Source: Sulfurospirillum sp.
Lineage (GTDB): Bacteria; Campylobacterota; Campylobacteria; Campylobacterales; Sulfurospirillaceae
Direction: 5' to 3'
DNA: 64,000 bases
Assembly: GCA_045047115.1 (NCBI GenBank)
Contig: JASFYR010000009.1
Span: 64,001 to 128,000 of the forward strand
The notes under the pieces are model-generated. The model was not told the DNA's origin, did not search any database, and saw only the letters and a program-made list of their open reading frames with translations. Below are positions 8,737 to 17,484 of the stretch, in pieces; the first letter of the stretch is position 1, and each line of letters begins with the position of its first letter. The position numbers and the translations under genes are program-made.

Positions 8737-10388
8737 AAATATTTGAAAAGATAATATACTCCATTTTAAATTCAAAGTTTAAGAAATTTTTAGTTTTATT
8801 GATAACACTTTTGGCTTTTATCGGTTCAATCATGATGTTGCCTGCCAAGTTGGTTCTGGCAAAAATGTTACCTGGAAAAAGTGCAAATACATACTCCGTT
8901 TATATTGATACTCCAACAGGAAGCTCAATAGAGCAGACTAAAAAAGTTACTATTTGTGTAAATAAGATATTGAAAAAAGAGAAAGAAGTAAAGGACATAG
9001 AGACATATCTAGGTCTTGGTTCGCCTCTTGATTATGCCGGATTGGTTAAAGGATCCGGTTTTAAAAGAAGTGAAAATGTTGCAGAGATAGTGGTAAATCT
9101 AACCGATAAACATACAAGAGATGAAAAGTCCTTTATGATGGTACACAGGCTCAGACCTGTTATCCAAAAGAGTTGTGAGCCGCTTGTAAAAGGTACAAAT
9201 ATCAAGATGATAGAACAGCCTGCCGGCCCACCAACACTTGCTTCAATAGTTGTTGAACTTTATGGTGAAAACAGCAAGCAAATCCGTAAAATCGCAGGTG
9301 AAATTGCAACTATACTCAAAAATACAAAGGGTTTGGTTGATGTTGATGTGATGCAAGATGAAATATTTAAAAAGTTTGAATTACAAGTTAATAAAGAGAA
9401 GGTGATAAGATCCGGACTTTCAATAGAGCAGGTTAATCAGATACTTTATCTTGCTTTTGAGGGTATGAGTGTAGCTGTCAAAAACAGTGCAAATTCTCCT
9501 GAGCAGATACCGCTGTTTTTGGTTTTGAGTAAAAAAACAAAAGAGCTATCAAAATTCTCAAAGCATGATTTGATTGACAAACTCTCATCTCTAAAATTGA
9601 TGAACAAAAAAGGTATGATGATACCGGTAAATGAGATAGTAACAGTAAATGAAGTAAATTCTTCACCTACTATTATGTCCAAAAATCTGAAAAAAATGGT
9701 AAATATTACTGCTGAGACTGATTTGGTTTCGCAAGTTTATCCACTTCTAAAGGCAAGAGATAAGATAAAGAAGTTTTTTAGCAAAGATTATGAGGTGACA
9801 AATACTCATCTTTTCAATTTAAAATTGAAAAACAAGAAGAGTGGTGAAGTATTTAATCTGAATTGGGATGGAGAGATGAAGGTTACCATGGATACTTTTA
9901 GAGATCTCGGAGGTGCTTTTATAGCGGCCCTTATCTTGATATTTTTACTTATGGTAGTTTACTACAAGAGTTTTGCCATCAGTGGAATCATACTTCTTGG
10001 CAGTTTCTTGTCTATTATAGGTGTTATTGTCGGTCACTGGGTGATGGATGTCTTTACAGTTGATACATTCTTTTTGACAGCAACTTCTCTGATAGGTTTT
10101 ATTGCGCTTATGGGAATTAGCTCAAGAAACTCATTGTTGTTAATAGATTTTACTATTGGTTTGATAGGTAAAGGGATGGAGAAGAAAAGAGCGATAGCGG
10201 TGGCAACTGCTACAAGAGCAAAACCTATCTTTCTAACGGCTGCGGCAATTATACTTGCAAGTACACTGCTCGCAAGAGATCCAATCTTCGGGGGTCTTGG
10301 TGTGGCATTGATATTTGGTACAATTGCCGCGGTTGCAGTATCTCTAATTTTTGTACCAGTGCTTATGGATAATACAAAATCCATATAA
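8733..10388 (+). CDS. RND permease, C-terminal half
   Basis: ATGA overlap and AAGGAG RBS; PTGSSIEQT, GISSRNSLLLIDF and TRAKPIFLT correspond to the second RND repeat. Confidence 0.9.
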   Translation: MKIFEKIIYSILNSKFKKFLVLLITLLAFIGSIMMLPAKLVLAKMLPGKSANTYSVYIDTPTGSSIEQTKKVTICVNKILKKEKEVKDIETYLGLGSPLDYAGLVKGSGFKRSENVAEIVVNLTDKHTRDEKSFMMVHRLRPVIQKSCEPLVKGTNIKMIEQPAGPPTLASIVVELYGENSKQIRKIAGEIATILKNTKGLVDVDVMQDEIFKKFELQVNKEKVIRSGLSIEQVNQILYLAFEGMSVAVKNSANSPEQIPLFLVLSKKTKELSKFSKHDLIDKLSSLKLMNKKGMMIPVNEIVTVNEVNSSPTIMSKNLKKMVNITAETDLVSQVYPLLKARDKIKKFFSKDYEVTNTHLFNLKLKNKKSGEVFNLNWDGEMKVTMDTFRDLGGAFIAALILIFLLMVVYYKSFAISGIILLGSFLSIIGVIVGHWVMDVFTVDTFFLTATSLIGFIALMGISSRNSLLLIDFTIGLIGKGMEKKRAIAVATATRAKPIFLTAAAIILASTLLARDPIFGGLGVALIFGTIAAVAVSLIFVPVLMDNTKSI

Positions 10389-10405
10389 TAAATCGAAATG
10401 ATACT

Positions 10406-10433
10406 TAGTGGACGATAGTTTATTCGTCCACTA
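10406..10433 (+). terminator. Putative intrinsic terminator after the RND operon
   Basis: TAGTGGACGA-N8-TCGTCCACTA followed by a pyrimidine-rich tract. Confidence 0.65.
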
Positions 10434-10932
10434 TCCTCTCTTTTCTTTCCCCATAAATATATAAATAATTCTATAAACATTACCCAGTAGAGATTCGAGT
10501 TTATTGCTTATCAATAAACAATTATGCACTTCATTTAAATCATTTTTTTCTTTTACAGTTAAATTAATCACAAAAATTTCCTTGTTTTTTAATTCAAATA
10601 GTATAACTAAAAACATATAAAATATACATAAAATACCATTATATATAGTAATTATAGTATAATATGCATATAGACTATGGTAAAATATAGTATTAAAACT
10701 ATAAAAACTATAAAATATTTATAATACATACGGTAAAATGTATAAAATATAAATTAAATTAGGCGATGATTATTTTGATTATTTTATTGATTTTTAGATT
10801 GCTGATTTGTTGCAATATTAAATTGTCAACTTTCTTTATGATTGGTGCTTACACGGATTGTGCTCTGATGGGTAAATTCTTTAATTTTAATATATTTTTG
10901 ATATAATCACTTAAAATAATACAGGAGAAAGT

Positions 10933-11496
10933 ATGGCAACATATTCTATGGGTGATTTGAAAAAAGGTTTAAAGATAGAGCTAAACGGAGTTCCATATAA
11001 AATTGTAGAATACCAACATGTAAAACCAGGCAAGGGGGCAGCCTTTGTCAGAGTAAAAATGAAATCTTATGCGAATGCTAAAGTTATAGAGAAGACTTTT
11101 CATGCAGGGGATAAGTGCGAAGCTCCTGATCTAGAAGATAAAACTATGCAGTATCTCTACGATGACGGAGAGTTTATGCAGTTTATGGACGGTGTTACTT
11201 ATGATCAGATTGGTTTAACAAGAGATCAGGTTGGAGATGCAGCAAATTGGATCGTAGATGGTATGAATGTCGATATACTTTTTCATAATGGCAAGCCAAT
11301 AGGTGTAGATGCTCCGGCGGTTGTGGAACTGAAAATTATCGAAACACCGCCAAATTTCAAAGGTGATTCGCAAGGCGGAAAAAAACCTGCAACATTAGAA
11401 AGCGGTGCGGTTGTTCAGATACCATATCATGTCCTAGAGGGCGATACCATAAGAGTAGATACAGCCAAAGGCGAGTACCTAGAAAAGGTTAAATAG
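10933..11496 (+). CDS. efp: Elongation factor P
   Basis: [12 protein letters not shown] and [14 protein letters not shown] motifs; TGATATAAT at 10899 and AGGAG RBS. Confidence 0.97.
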   Translation: MATYSMGDLKKGLKIELNGVPYKIVEYQHVKPGKGAAFVRVKMKSYANAKVIEKTFHAGDKCEAPDLEDKTMQYLYDDGEFMQFMDGVTYDQIGLTRDQVGDAANWIVDGMNVDILFHNGKPIGVDAPAVVELKIIETPPNFKGDSQGGKKPATLESGAVVQIPYHVLEGDTIRVDTAKGEYLEKVK

Positions 11497-11518
11497 AAAA
11501 ATCCGGCCGATAGACTTA

Positions 11519-11650
11519 GCTTTAGCAGTATATGAATTAATCAGGAATTCATTAGAGAGTAAAAATTAAGGCAATGCCACCGTCAGGTTGTGCTTCAATA
11601 GCGTGTGAGAATTGACCGGTAATTTACTTTCTGGTCCAGATGACAGTAAA
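11519..11650 (+). repeat. Two copies (one truncated at 11519-11551, one full at 11585-11650) of the GCTTTAG intergenic repeat
   Basis: Both align with 43277-43340; the full copy has hairpin GACCGGTAA-TTTAC-TTTCTGGTC. Confidence 0.75.
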
Positions 11651-11663
11651 ATAGGAGGATGTA

Positions 11664-12206
11664 ATGTTAAAAGTTTTAGTGCCATTAGCAAATGGTTTTG
11701 AAGAGATTGAAGCTATGAGTGTAATAGATATTTTACGCAGAGCAGATATTGATGTGATCATAGCCGGGTTGGGTAAAAAACAGGTCGTTGGTGCACATGG
11801 TGTAAAAGTTCAAGCAGATGGGCATATAGAAGATATGAAAAGTGATGATTTTGATATGATTGTATTGCCCGGTGGACTTCCCGGAGCTACAAATCTTCAA
11901 AAAGATAAAACAGTCCAAAAACTTTTGAGAGATTTTGATAAAGATAAAAAATTTATCGGTGCTATATGTGCTGCTCCTATCGCTTTGCAAAGTGCCGGAG
12001 TGCTAAAAGAGAATTATACATGCTATCCGTCATTTGAGACAAATATAAGAGAAGAGGGATATGCCCCGAATAAAAATGTGGTAAGTGATGAAAATATATT
12101 AACCTCAAGAGGTCCGGCTACCGCAATGGAGTTTGCTTTGGCTATAGTTGCGAAACTCTCGGGTGATGAAAAATCGGCTGAAATTAAGGGTCAATTACTT
12201 TTATAA
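11664..12206 (+). CDS. DJ-1/PfpI (YajL/ThiJ-like) family protein
   Basis: GFEEIEA, VLPGGLPGA, AICAAP nucleophile elbow, TSRGPATAMEFAL. Confidence 0.92.
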   Translation: MLKVLVPLANGFEEIEAMSVIDILRRADIDVIIAGLGKKQVVGAHGVKVQADGHIEDMKSDDFDMIVLPGGLPGATNLQKDKTVQKLLRDFDKDKKFIGAICAAPIALQSAGVLKENYTCYPSFETNIREEGYAPNKNVVSDENILTSRGPATAMEFALAIVAKLSGDEKSAEIKGQLLL

Positions 12207-12215
12207 GGATATGCC

Positions 12216-12911
12216 ATGAAATTACTATTGTCTGTTTTGGTTTTGTTTCTTTTTTATGGATGCTCGGATCAATCAAAAAAAGATACAAAAAAGGCGAACT
12301 CTGTAGAAAAAAAGGTTGTGGTGGTTAAAAAAGAGGTTGTAAAACCAAAAAAAGAAGAAGTAAAAAAAGTTCTCAAGAAAGAGCAGCCAAAAAGAGCTGA
12401 AGTTCAAAAAGTAATCACTAAAACAAAAGAGAAAGTCAAAGAGATTGCAAAAACAGTTGTAAGTGTTACTCAAAATAAAGAGGTTGAGAAAGTTACTCAA
12501 AAGATAACAAAAGCTTTAGACAGTATCTCTTTGTCAGCAACCCAGTCTCCAACAGTTAAAGCTACACAAAAAGAAGCAAGCAGCAATCAAGCGAATGATA
12601 TTCAAAATGTAGCAACTGACTTGATGGCAGGTTTTGGTTCTTCAGCCACGAAGCCAAAGAAAAACTCTATTGATGGTGTTGCGCTTTTTAAGTCAAAATG
12701 TTCATCTTGTCATGGTGTTAAAGCTGGAAAAAAAGCACTGGGAAAATCAGAAATTATAGCCAAGTGGGACAGCAAAAAGATTTTAGATGCACTCCATGGC
12801 TATAAAAATGGAACATTTGGTGGCAGTATGAAAGCAATCATGCAAGGTCAGGCAAAAGGACTTAGTGATGATCAGATATCTGTATTGGCAAATATTATAT
12901 CAAAATTTTAA
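12216..12911 (+). CDS. Lipoprotein with Lys/Glu/Val-rich linker and C-terminal monoheme cytochrome c (c553-like)
   Basis: Lipobox LFYGC, CSSCH heme motif, distal Met region GSMKAIMQGQA. Confidence 0.85.
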   Translation: MKLLLSVLVLFLFYGCSDQSKKDTKKANSVEKKVVVVKKEVVKPKKEEVKKVLKKEQPKRAEVQKVITKTKEKVKEIAKTVVSVTQNKEVEKVTQKITKALDSISLSATQSPTVKATQKEASSNQANDIQNVATDLMAGFGSSATKPKKNSIDGVALFKSKCSSCHGVKAGKKALGKSEIIAKWDSKKILDALHGYKNGTFGGSMKAIMQGQAKGLSDDQISVLANIISKF

Positions 12912-12917
12912 ATCTTC

Positions 12918-12939
12918 AAGGAGGGCGAGTCCCTCCTTT
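12918..12939 (+). terminator. Putative intrinsic terminator
   Basis: AAGGAGGG-CGAGT-CCCTCCTT followed by T. Confidence 0.7.
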
Positions 12940-12964
12940 ATCTAAATTATGCTAAAATTCCTCT

Positions 12965-13807
12965 ATGAATAAAAATATACAAATAGGTCAGCTCAACACT
13001 CTTGAGATTGATAGGATTACCGACCATGGACTCTTTTTGACTAGTAGCGATGGTGAAGATGTGCTTTTGCCAAATGCTTATGTGAGCGATGATATGAAAC
13101 TCTTGGATGAAATAGAAGTTTTCATATATACCGATTCAGAAGACAGGCTAATAGCTACAACTCTTAGACCAAAAGCTATGCTTGATGAGTTTGCATATAT
13201 GGAGGTGGTGGACGTTGCACCGTTTGGGGCATTTGTAGATTGGGGCTTGCCAAAAGATCTCTTTGTCCCAAAAGCTCTACAAAAAATTCCACTAAAAGTT
13301 GGTATGAAGTTTGTCTTTAGAGTCTGCTTGGATGAAGAGACAAATCGCTTGGTAGGTGCTCATAAATTTAAAAAATTTATAAGAGATGATGTGGAAGAAC
13401 TTGAGGTAAACCAACAAGTGCATATTATTATAAGAGAAAAGACACCACTTGGTTTTAAAGTCATCGTCAACAACCTGTATGAAGCTATGATTTTTCATAA
13501 TGAAATTTTTGAGGATATCTGGGTAGGACAGAAAAAAATAGCCTATGTCAAAAAGATAAGGGCGGATAGAAAACTCGATATATCACTTCAACCCATCGGC
13601 AAAACAAATACTGATACAGCAAGCCACAGAGTAGAAAAGATACTGAGAGAAAATGACGGGAGATTGGAATTTAACTACAAAAGCTCGCCTGAGGAGATAA
13701 AAGAGAGATTTGGACTTAGTAAGAAAAATTATAAAAGAGCGCTGACAACTCTGCTTGATGAGAAGAAAATCACTCTCGATGAGGATGGGATTTGCCTAAA
13801 TCATTAG
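12965..13807 (+). CDS. CvfB/YitL-family S1 RNA-binding protein
   Basis: FIYTDSEDRLIAT, GAFVDWGLPKDLFVP and C-terminal winged-helix FGLSKKNYKRAL. Confidence 0.9.
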   Translation: MNKNIQIGQLNTLEIDRITDHGLFLTSSDGEDVLLPNAYVSDDMKLLDEIEVFIYTDSEDRLIATTLRPKAMLDEFAYMEVVDVAPFGAFVDWGLPKDLFVPKALQKIPLKVGMKFVFRVCLDEETNRLVGAHKFKKFIRDDVEELEVNQQVHIIIREKTPLGFKVIVNNLYEAMIFHNEIFEDIWVGQKKIAYVKKIRADRKLDISLQPIGKTNTDTASHRVEKILRENDGRLEFNYKSSPEEIKERFGLSKKNYKRALTTLLDEKKITLDEDGICLNH

Positions 13808-15006
13808 CAATCGTAGGGGCTGGAGCTAGTAGTCTTGTCGCGGCAATTGTCGCGGCACGGACTGGAGCAAAAGTAACGATTTTTGAAAAAAATAACAAAG
13901 TGGGCAAAAAGATACTTGCTACCGGAAACGGTAGGTGCAATATCACAAACAAAACAATCAAAACAACTTCTTATCACGGTTCAAATCCAAGATTTGTCAA
14001 TATGGCAGTAGATAGATTTAACACCTCTGTATGTAGAGATTTTTTTGAAAAGATTGGTATAGATATGGTTGAGGGGCAAAAAGGCAGACTTTACCCTAAA
14101 AGTCTGCAATCTTCAAGTGTAGTTAATCTTTTGGTTTATGAGTGCGAGAGGCAGGGTGCTGAGATACTACTTAATCAAGAGGTTACAGATATAGTAAAAG
14201 AGGGTGAAAAGTTTGCTCTACATGTAGAGGATAAAAAGTATTATAGCGATTTTGTTTTGATAGCAACAGGTGGATTAGCGATGCCGAGTCTTGGGGCTAG
14301 CGAAAGTGGATATAGATTTGCCAAAAAGTTTGGGCATACTATTATCCCGACCTTTGCTTCTTTGGTGCAGCTGGAGACAAAAGAGGACTTTAAAAGTATA
14401 AGTGGCGTGAAAATACAAGGTGCCATCGAAGTGTTGCAAGGCAGAGAGAGGTTGACTTTTGCAAGTGGAGATATACTCTTCACAAACTACGGTATATCAG
14501 GCTCAGCTATTTTGGATATCAGCAGAGTGGTAAACAAGCTTTTACAGTACAACGACAAAGTCTCAGTAAATATTGATTTGATGAACGAATACTCAAAAGA
14601 ACAGCTAAAAAATATCTTGATTAAAAGAGCTAAAAATTCAAATGGCAAAACTATATCTTTATGGCTGAATGGTTTTGTAAACTCTAAGTTAACACTCTTT
14701 TTGTCAAAAAATATGAGAGTAAAAAATGCAGATAATTTAAATACAAAAGATATAACAAATCTAGTTTATTTGCTAAAAAATTTTAAAGCCACAATCATCG
14801 GCTCAAGAGGTTTTAAAAGTGCCGAAGTAACGGCAGGAGGAGTAAGCACAGATGAGATAAGTCCAAGAACCTTTGAGTCTAAACTTCAAAAAAGACTCTA
14901 TTTTAGCGGAGAGGTTTTAGACATAGATGCAGACTGCGGGGGTTATAATCTACACTGGGCATGGGCTAGTGGATATAGTGCAGGTTTGGCAATTGGCCAT
15001 GAGTAA
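13792..15006 (+). CDS. HI0933/YhiN/BaiN-family flavoprotein
   Basis: GKKILATGNGRCNITN, ATGG, VTAGGV, GEVLDIDADCGGYNLHWAWASG. Confidence 0.92.
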   Translation: MPKSLAIVGAGASSLVAAIVAARTGAKVTIFEKNNKVGKKILATGNGRCNITNKTIKTTSYHGSNPRFVNMAVDRFNTSVCRDFFEKIGIDMVEGQKGRLYPKSLQSSSVVNLLVYECERQGAEILLNQEVTDIVKEGEKFALHVEDKKYYSDFVLIATGGLAMPSLGASESGYRFAKKFGHTIIPTFASLVQLETKEDFKSISGVKIQGAIEVLQGRERLTFASGDILFTNYGISGSAILDISRVVNKLLQYNDKVSVNIDLMNEYSKEQLKNILIKRAKNSNGKTISLWLNGFVNSKLTLFLSKNMRVKNADNLNTKDITNLVYLLKNFKATIIGSRGFKSAEVTAGGVSTDEISPRTFESKLQKRLYFSGEVLDIDADCGGYNLHWAWASGYSAGLAIGHE

Positions 15007-15038
15007 AACCTATATAGAAAAATTAATATAAAAATTGC

Positions 15039-15779
15039 CTATGAGTCTATCCACTCCTTTGCCGCTTTTAGCTGATTGTAGTCAAAATTTTTAACTTGGG
15101 CACTTACAAAATGACTTCCGACTTTTTCGCCTAAATCTCCGACAAAAGAGTCAGTGACAAAGGCTAGTTTTTTGATGTGCCTGTGGTGCTCTTTTATAAA
15201 TTCCATATGAGATATAAATGCTCCAAATGATTTCCATCCGGGAAAATCTTTTGTGTAGATGATGAAGCCATTTAATTTTCCGTTTTCTTCTATAAGCGGA
15301 TCTATGAGCTCTTTGGCTTCTATGAAGTCATCTTTGCTTAGAGCTTTAAGTGGTTCAAGAATCACGGTTTTTGTTTTGATATCAAATAAAATTTTTAAAT
15401 TTGGATGTAATATATCTTTTTCCAAAAGCCAAACCTTAGCTTTTTCTATATCTTCGTTGCTAAAAGTTTTTATGTCACCAGGAATTGTAAAAGAAAAGGC
15501 TTTTACAGCATCTATAATCCAGCTTATATCGCTAACAACAGCTATCTTTTCCCAAGCTGAGTAAAACATAAAACCGGCCTTGGCATCATCTATCATGGCT
15601 GAAAAGTCATAAGAATCAAAATCTTTACCCACTTGATACAACACTTTGAGCCTGCTACCTTCTTTTAGTTTTGACCGCAATGCTGGAATAAGTACTTTTT
15701 CATAATCCTCACCAACAACCTTACCACTAAGTTCAAAACCTATCACATTGTCTCCAATATCATTAAGTATCTTGATCAT
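15039..15779 (-). CDS. Tandem SpoIIAA-like (STAS/SEC14) domain protein
   Basis: Two related halves (WEKIAVVSD..W; HIKKLAFVTD..AKEWI); ATG at 15779 follows AAGGAG. Confidence 0.8.
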   Translation of the reverse strand: MIKILNDIGDNVIGFELSGKVVGEDYEKVLIPALRSKLKEGSRLKVLYQVGKDFDSYDFSAMIDDAKAGFMFYSAWEKIAVVSDISWIIDAVKAFSFTIPGDIKTFSNEDIEKAKVWLLEKDILHPNLKILFDIKTKTVILEPLKALSKDDFIEAKELIDPLIEENGKLNGFIIYTKDFPGWKSFGAFISHMEFIKEHHRHIKKLAFVTDSFVGDLGEKVGSHFVSAQVKNFDYNQLKAAKEWIDS

Positions 15780-15862
15780 CTTACTTCTCCTTTCGTGTTT
15801 GATTTGCACATATCATAGCACAAAAACAGTATAATGTCTGTAATATATTGAAAATTTTACAG

Positions 15863-15868
15863 TATAAT
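15863..15868 (+). promoter_or_regulatory. -10 element for the riboswitch-MutS-like operon
   Basis: TATAAT about 22 nt upstream of the riboswitch-like motif. Confidence 0.5.
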
Positions 15869-15889
15869 TTCACAAAGCTCTACATGTGG

Positions 15890-15940
15890 AGGTGATGGGG
15901 TTCGCCGTGTGATCGTTCTTCTGAACTTATAATTCCTGTA
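15890..15940 (+). ncRNA. Fluoride (crcB-class) riboswitch, slightly variant
   Basis: GGTGATGGGGTTCGCC...GTTC-TTCT-GAAC-TTATAATTCCTG: P1 GGTG/CGCC, P2 GTTC/GAAC, pseudoknot GGGGT/ATTCC; ends just upstream of the RBS. Confidence 0.78.
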
Positions 15941-15954
15941 AAATAGGGGGTAAT

Positions 15955-17484
15955 ATGCAGTTTTTTAGTATTCTTTTTAGGCAAAATACAAAAGTCGAAG
16001 AGCTCTCGTCTTCACTTGATTTTTATGCAGATTTAAACCTTGACCAAATCATAGAAACTGTAATTTCTTACAAAAAAAAGTTTGATATAAAGAAGTTTTT
16101 TTATATGCCACTTACCGACAAGGAGAGTATCGTATATAGGCAAGAGATTGTAAAAGATCTACAAAATAAGAAGTTTTATCTAAGGGTTGATGAGTTTTCA
16201 CATAAATTGTTAGATATAAAGAACTACCGTGATATGATAAAAGATTTGGAGTTTAAGGAGTACAAAAACGGTTGGTTTTTGCAGATGGCTATGCTCTACT
16301 GTGAGGCGTTGATGAGTTTTTATGAAATTTTAAAATCAACTGATTTACACTCACAGGGTTTACTCGCATTTTATAAATATCTACATGACTATTTGCGCAG
16401 CGATGTTTTCACCTCTTTACAAAAAAAGATGATGCAAATTAGAGAGAAATTAGACTCTATAATGTACGATGTAACGATTGATGGACTGACATTTAAAGTT
16501 AAAAAGTATGAAAAGGAGGATGATTATACTAAAGAGATAGGAGAAGTTTTTTCAAAATTTAAATATGGTATTACAAAAGCTCAAGATTGTCAGTTTGACA
16601 AAAACAGAGGCATAAATCATGTCAATGCAAAGATTTTGGAATTTGTAGGCAAACTCTTTCCTGAGATCTTCTTTGAGCTTCATGAGTTTTGTCAAAAATA
16701 TAGGGATTTTATCGATGAGACTTTTTTGACATTTTCCAACGAGATTGAGTTTTATATCTCATATCTTGAGTATATCCAAGGTTTGGAAGAGCAGGGTGTC
16801 TCATTTTGTTTTCCGCAAATAAACGAAGACAGCAAAGATATACTGATAGAAGAGGGATTTGATTTAGAACTTGCATATAGTTTGTCATTTGAGAAAAAAA
16901 GAATTGTGCCAAATGACTATTTGCTTCAAAATAGAGAGAGGATCATGGTTGTCACTGGAGCAAATCAGGGTGGAAAATCTACTTTTTCAAGAGCATTCGG
17001 ACAGATAAATTATCTAGCCAAGCTGGGTTTGCTTGTTCCTTCCAGTAGTGCAAAACTCTTTTTGGTTGATATGATATTTACTCACTTTGAAAAAGAGGAA
17101 GATATAAATACATTAAGTAGTAAATTGCAAGAAGATTTATTGAGAATTCATGCTGTTTTTGAAAAAACTACCACAAAAAGCTTGGTGATATTAAACGAGA
17201 TATTCTCTTCAACCTCTTTGCAGGACTCTTTGTATCTTAGTAAAAGAATCATGGAAAAGATAGATAAGTTGGATCTGCTTTGTATATGGGTGACTTTTAT
17301 ATACAGATTAAGCGGGATGAGTGAAAAAGCAATCAGTATGACAAGTGTAATAAATGAAAAAAATATAGAAAACCGAACCTATAAAATTATAAAAAAAGAA
17401 TCTGATGGCAGAGCGTATGCCAAATCTCTGGCCCAAAAATATCACCTAAGTTTTGAGCAAATCATAAAGAGGATAGGGATATGA
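15955..17484 (+). CDS. MutS-related ATPase, subunit A (MutS domain V type, no mismatch-binding domain; MutS4-like)
   Basis: VTGANQGGKSTF Walker A, IFTHFEKEE, LVILNEIFSSTS, WVTF, ESDGRAYA..LA; only 509 aa. Confidence 0.85.
   Translation: MQFFSILFRQNTKVEELSSSLDFYADLNLDQIIETVISYKKKFDIKKFFYMPLTDKESIVYRQEIVKDLQNKKFYLRVDEFSHKLLDIKNYRDMIKDLEFKEYKNGWFLQMAMLYCEALMSFYEILKSTDLHSQGLLAFYKYLHDYLRSDVFTSLQKKMMQIREKLDSIMYDVTIDGLTFKVKKYEKEDDYTKEIGEVFSKFKYGITKAQDCQFDKNRGINHVNAKILEFVGKLFPEIFFELHEFCQKYRDFIDETFLTFSNEIEFYISYLEYIQGLEEQGVSFCFPQINEDSKDILIEEGFDLELAYSLSFEKKRIVPNDYLLQNRERIMVVTGANQGGKSTFSRAFGQINYLAKLGLLVPSSSAKLFLVDMIFTHFEKEEDINTLSSKLQEDLLRIHAVFEKTTTKSLVILNEIFSSTSLQDSLYLSKRIMEKIDKLDLLCIWVTFIYRLSGMSEKAISMTSVINEKNIENRTYKIIKKESDGRAYAKSLAQKYHLSFEQIIKRIGI

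Noticed and set aside
7111..10388. Frameshifted RND pseudogene
   Set aside because: The break is at the repeat boundary, with a dedicated RBS, an ATGA overlap and a distinct tail on the first half.
10431..10616. 61-aa minus-strand ORF in the AT-rich spacer
   Set aside because: No RBS or motif; a length expected by chance.
10560..10800. Possible replication origin
   Set aside because: AT-rich, but I found no DnaA-box cluster and dnaA is not nearby.
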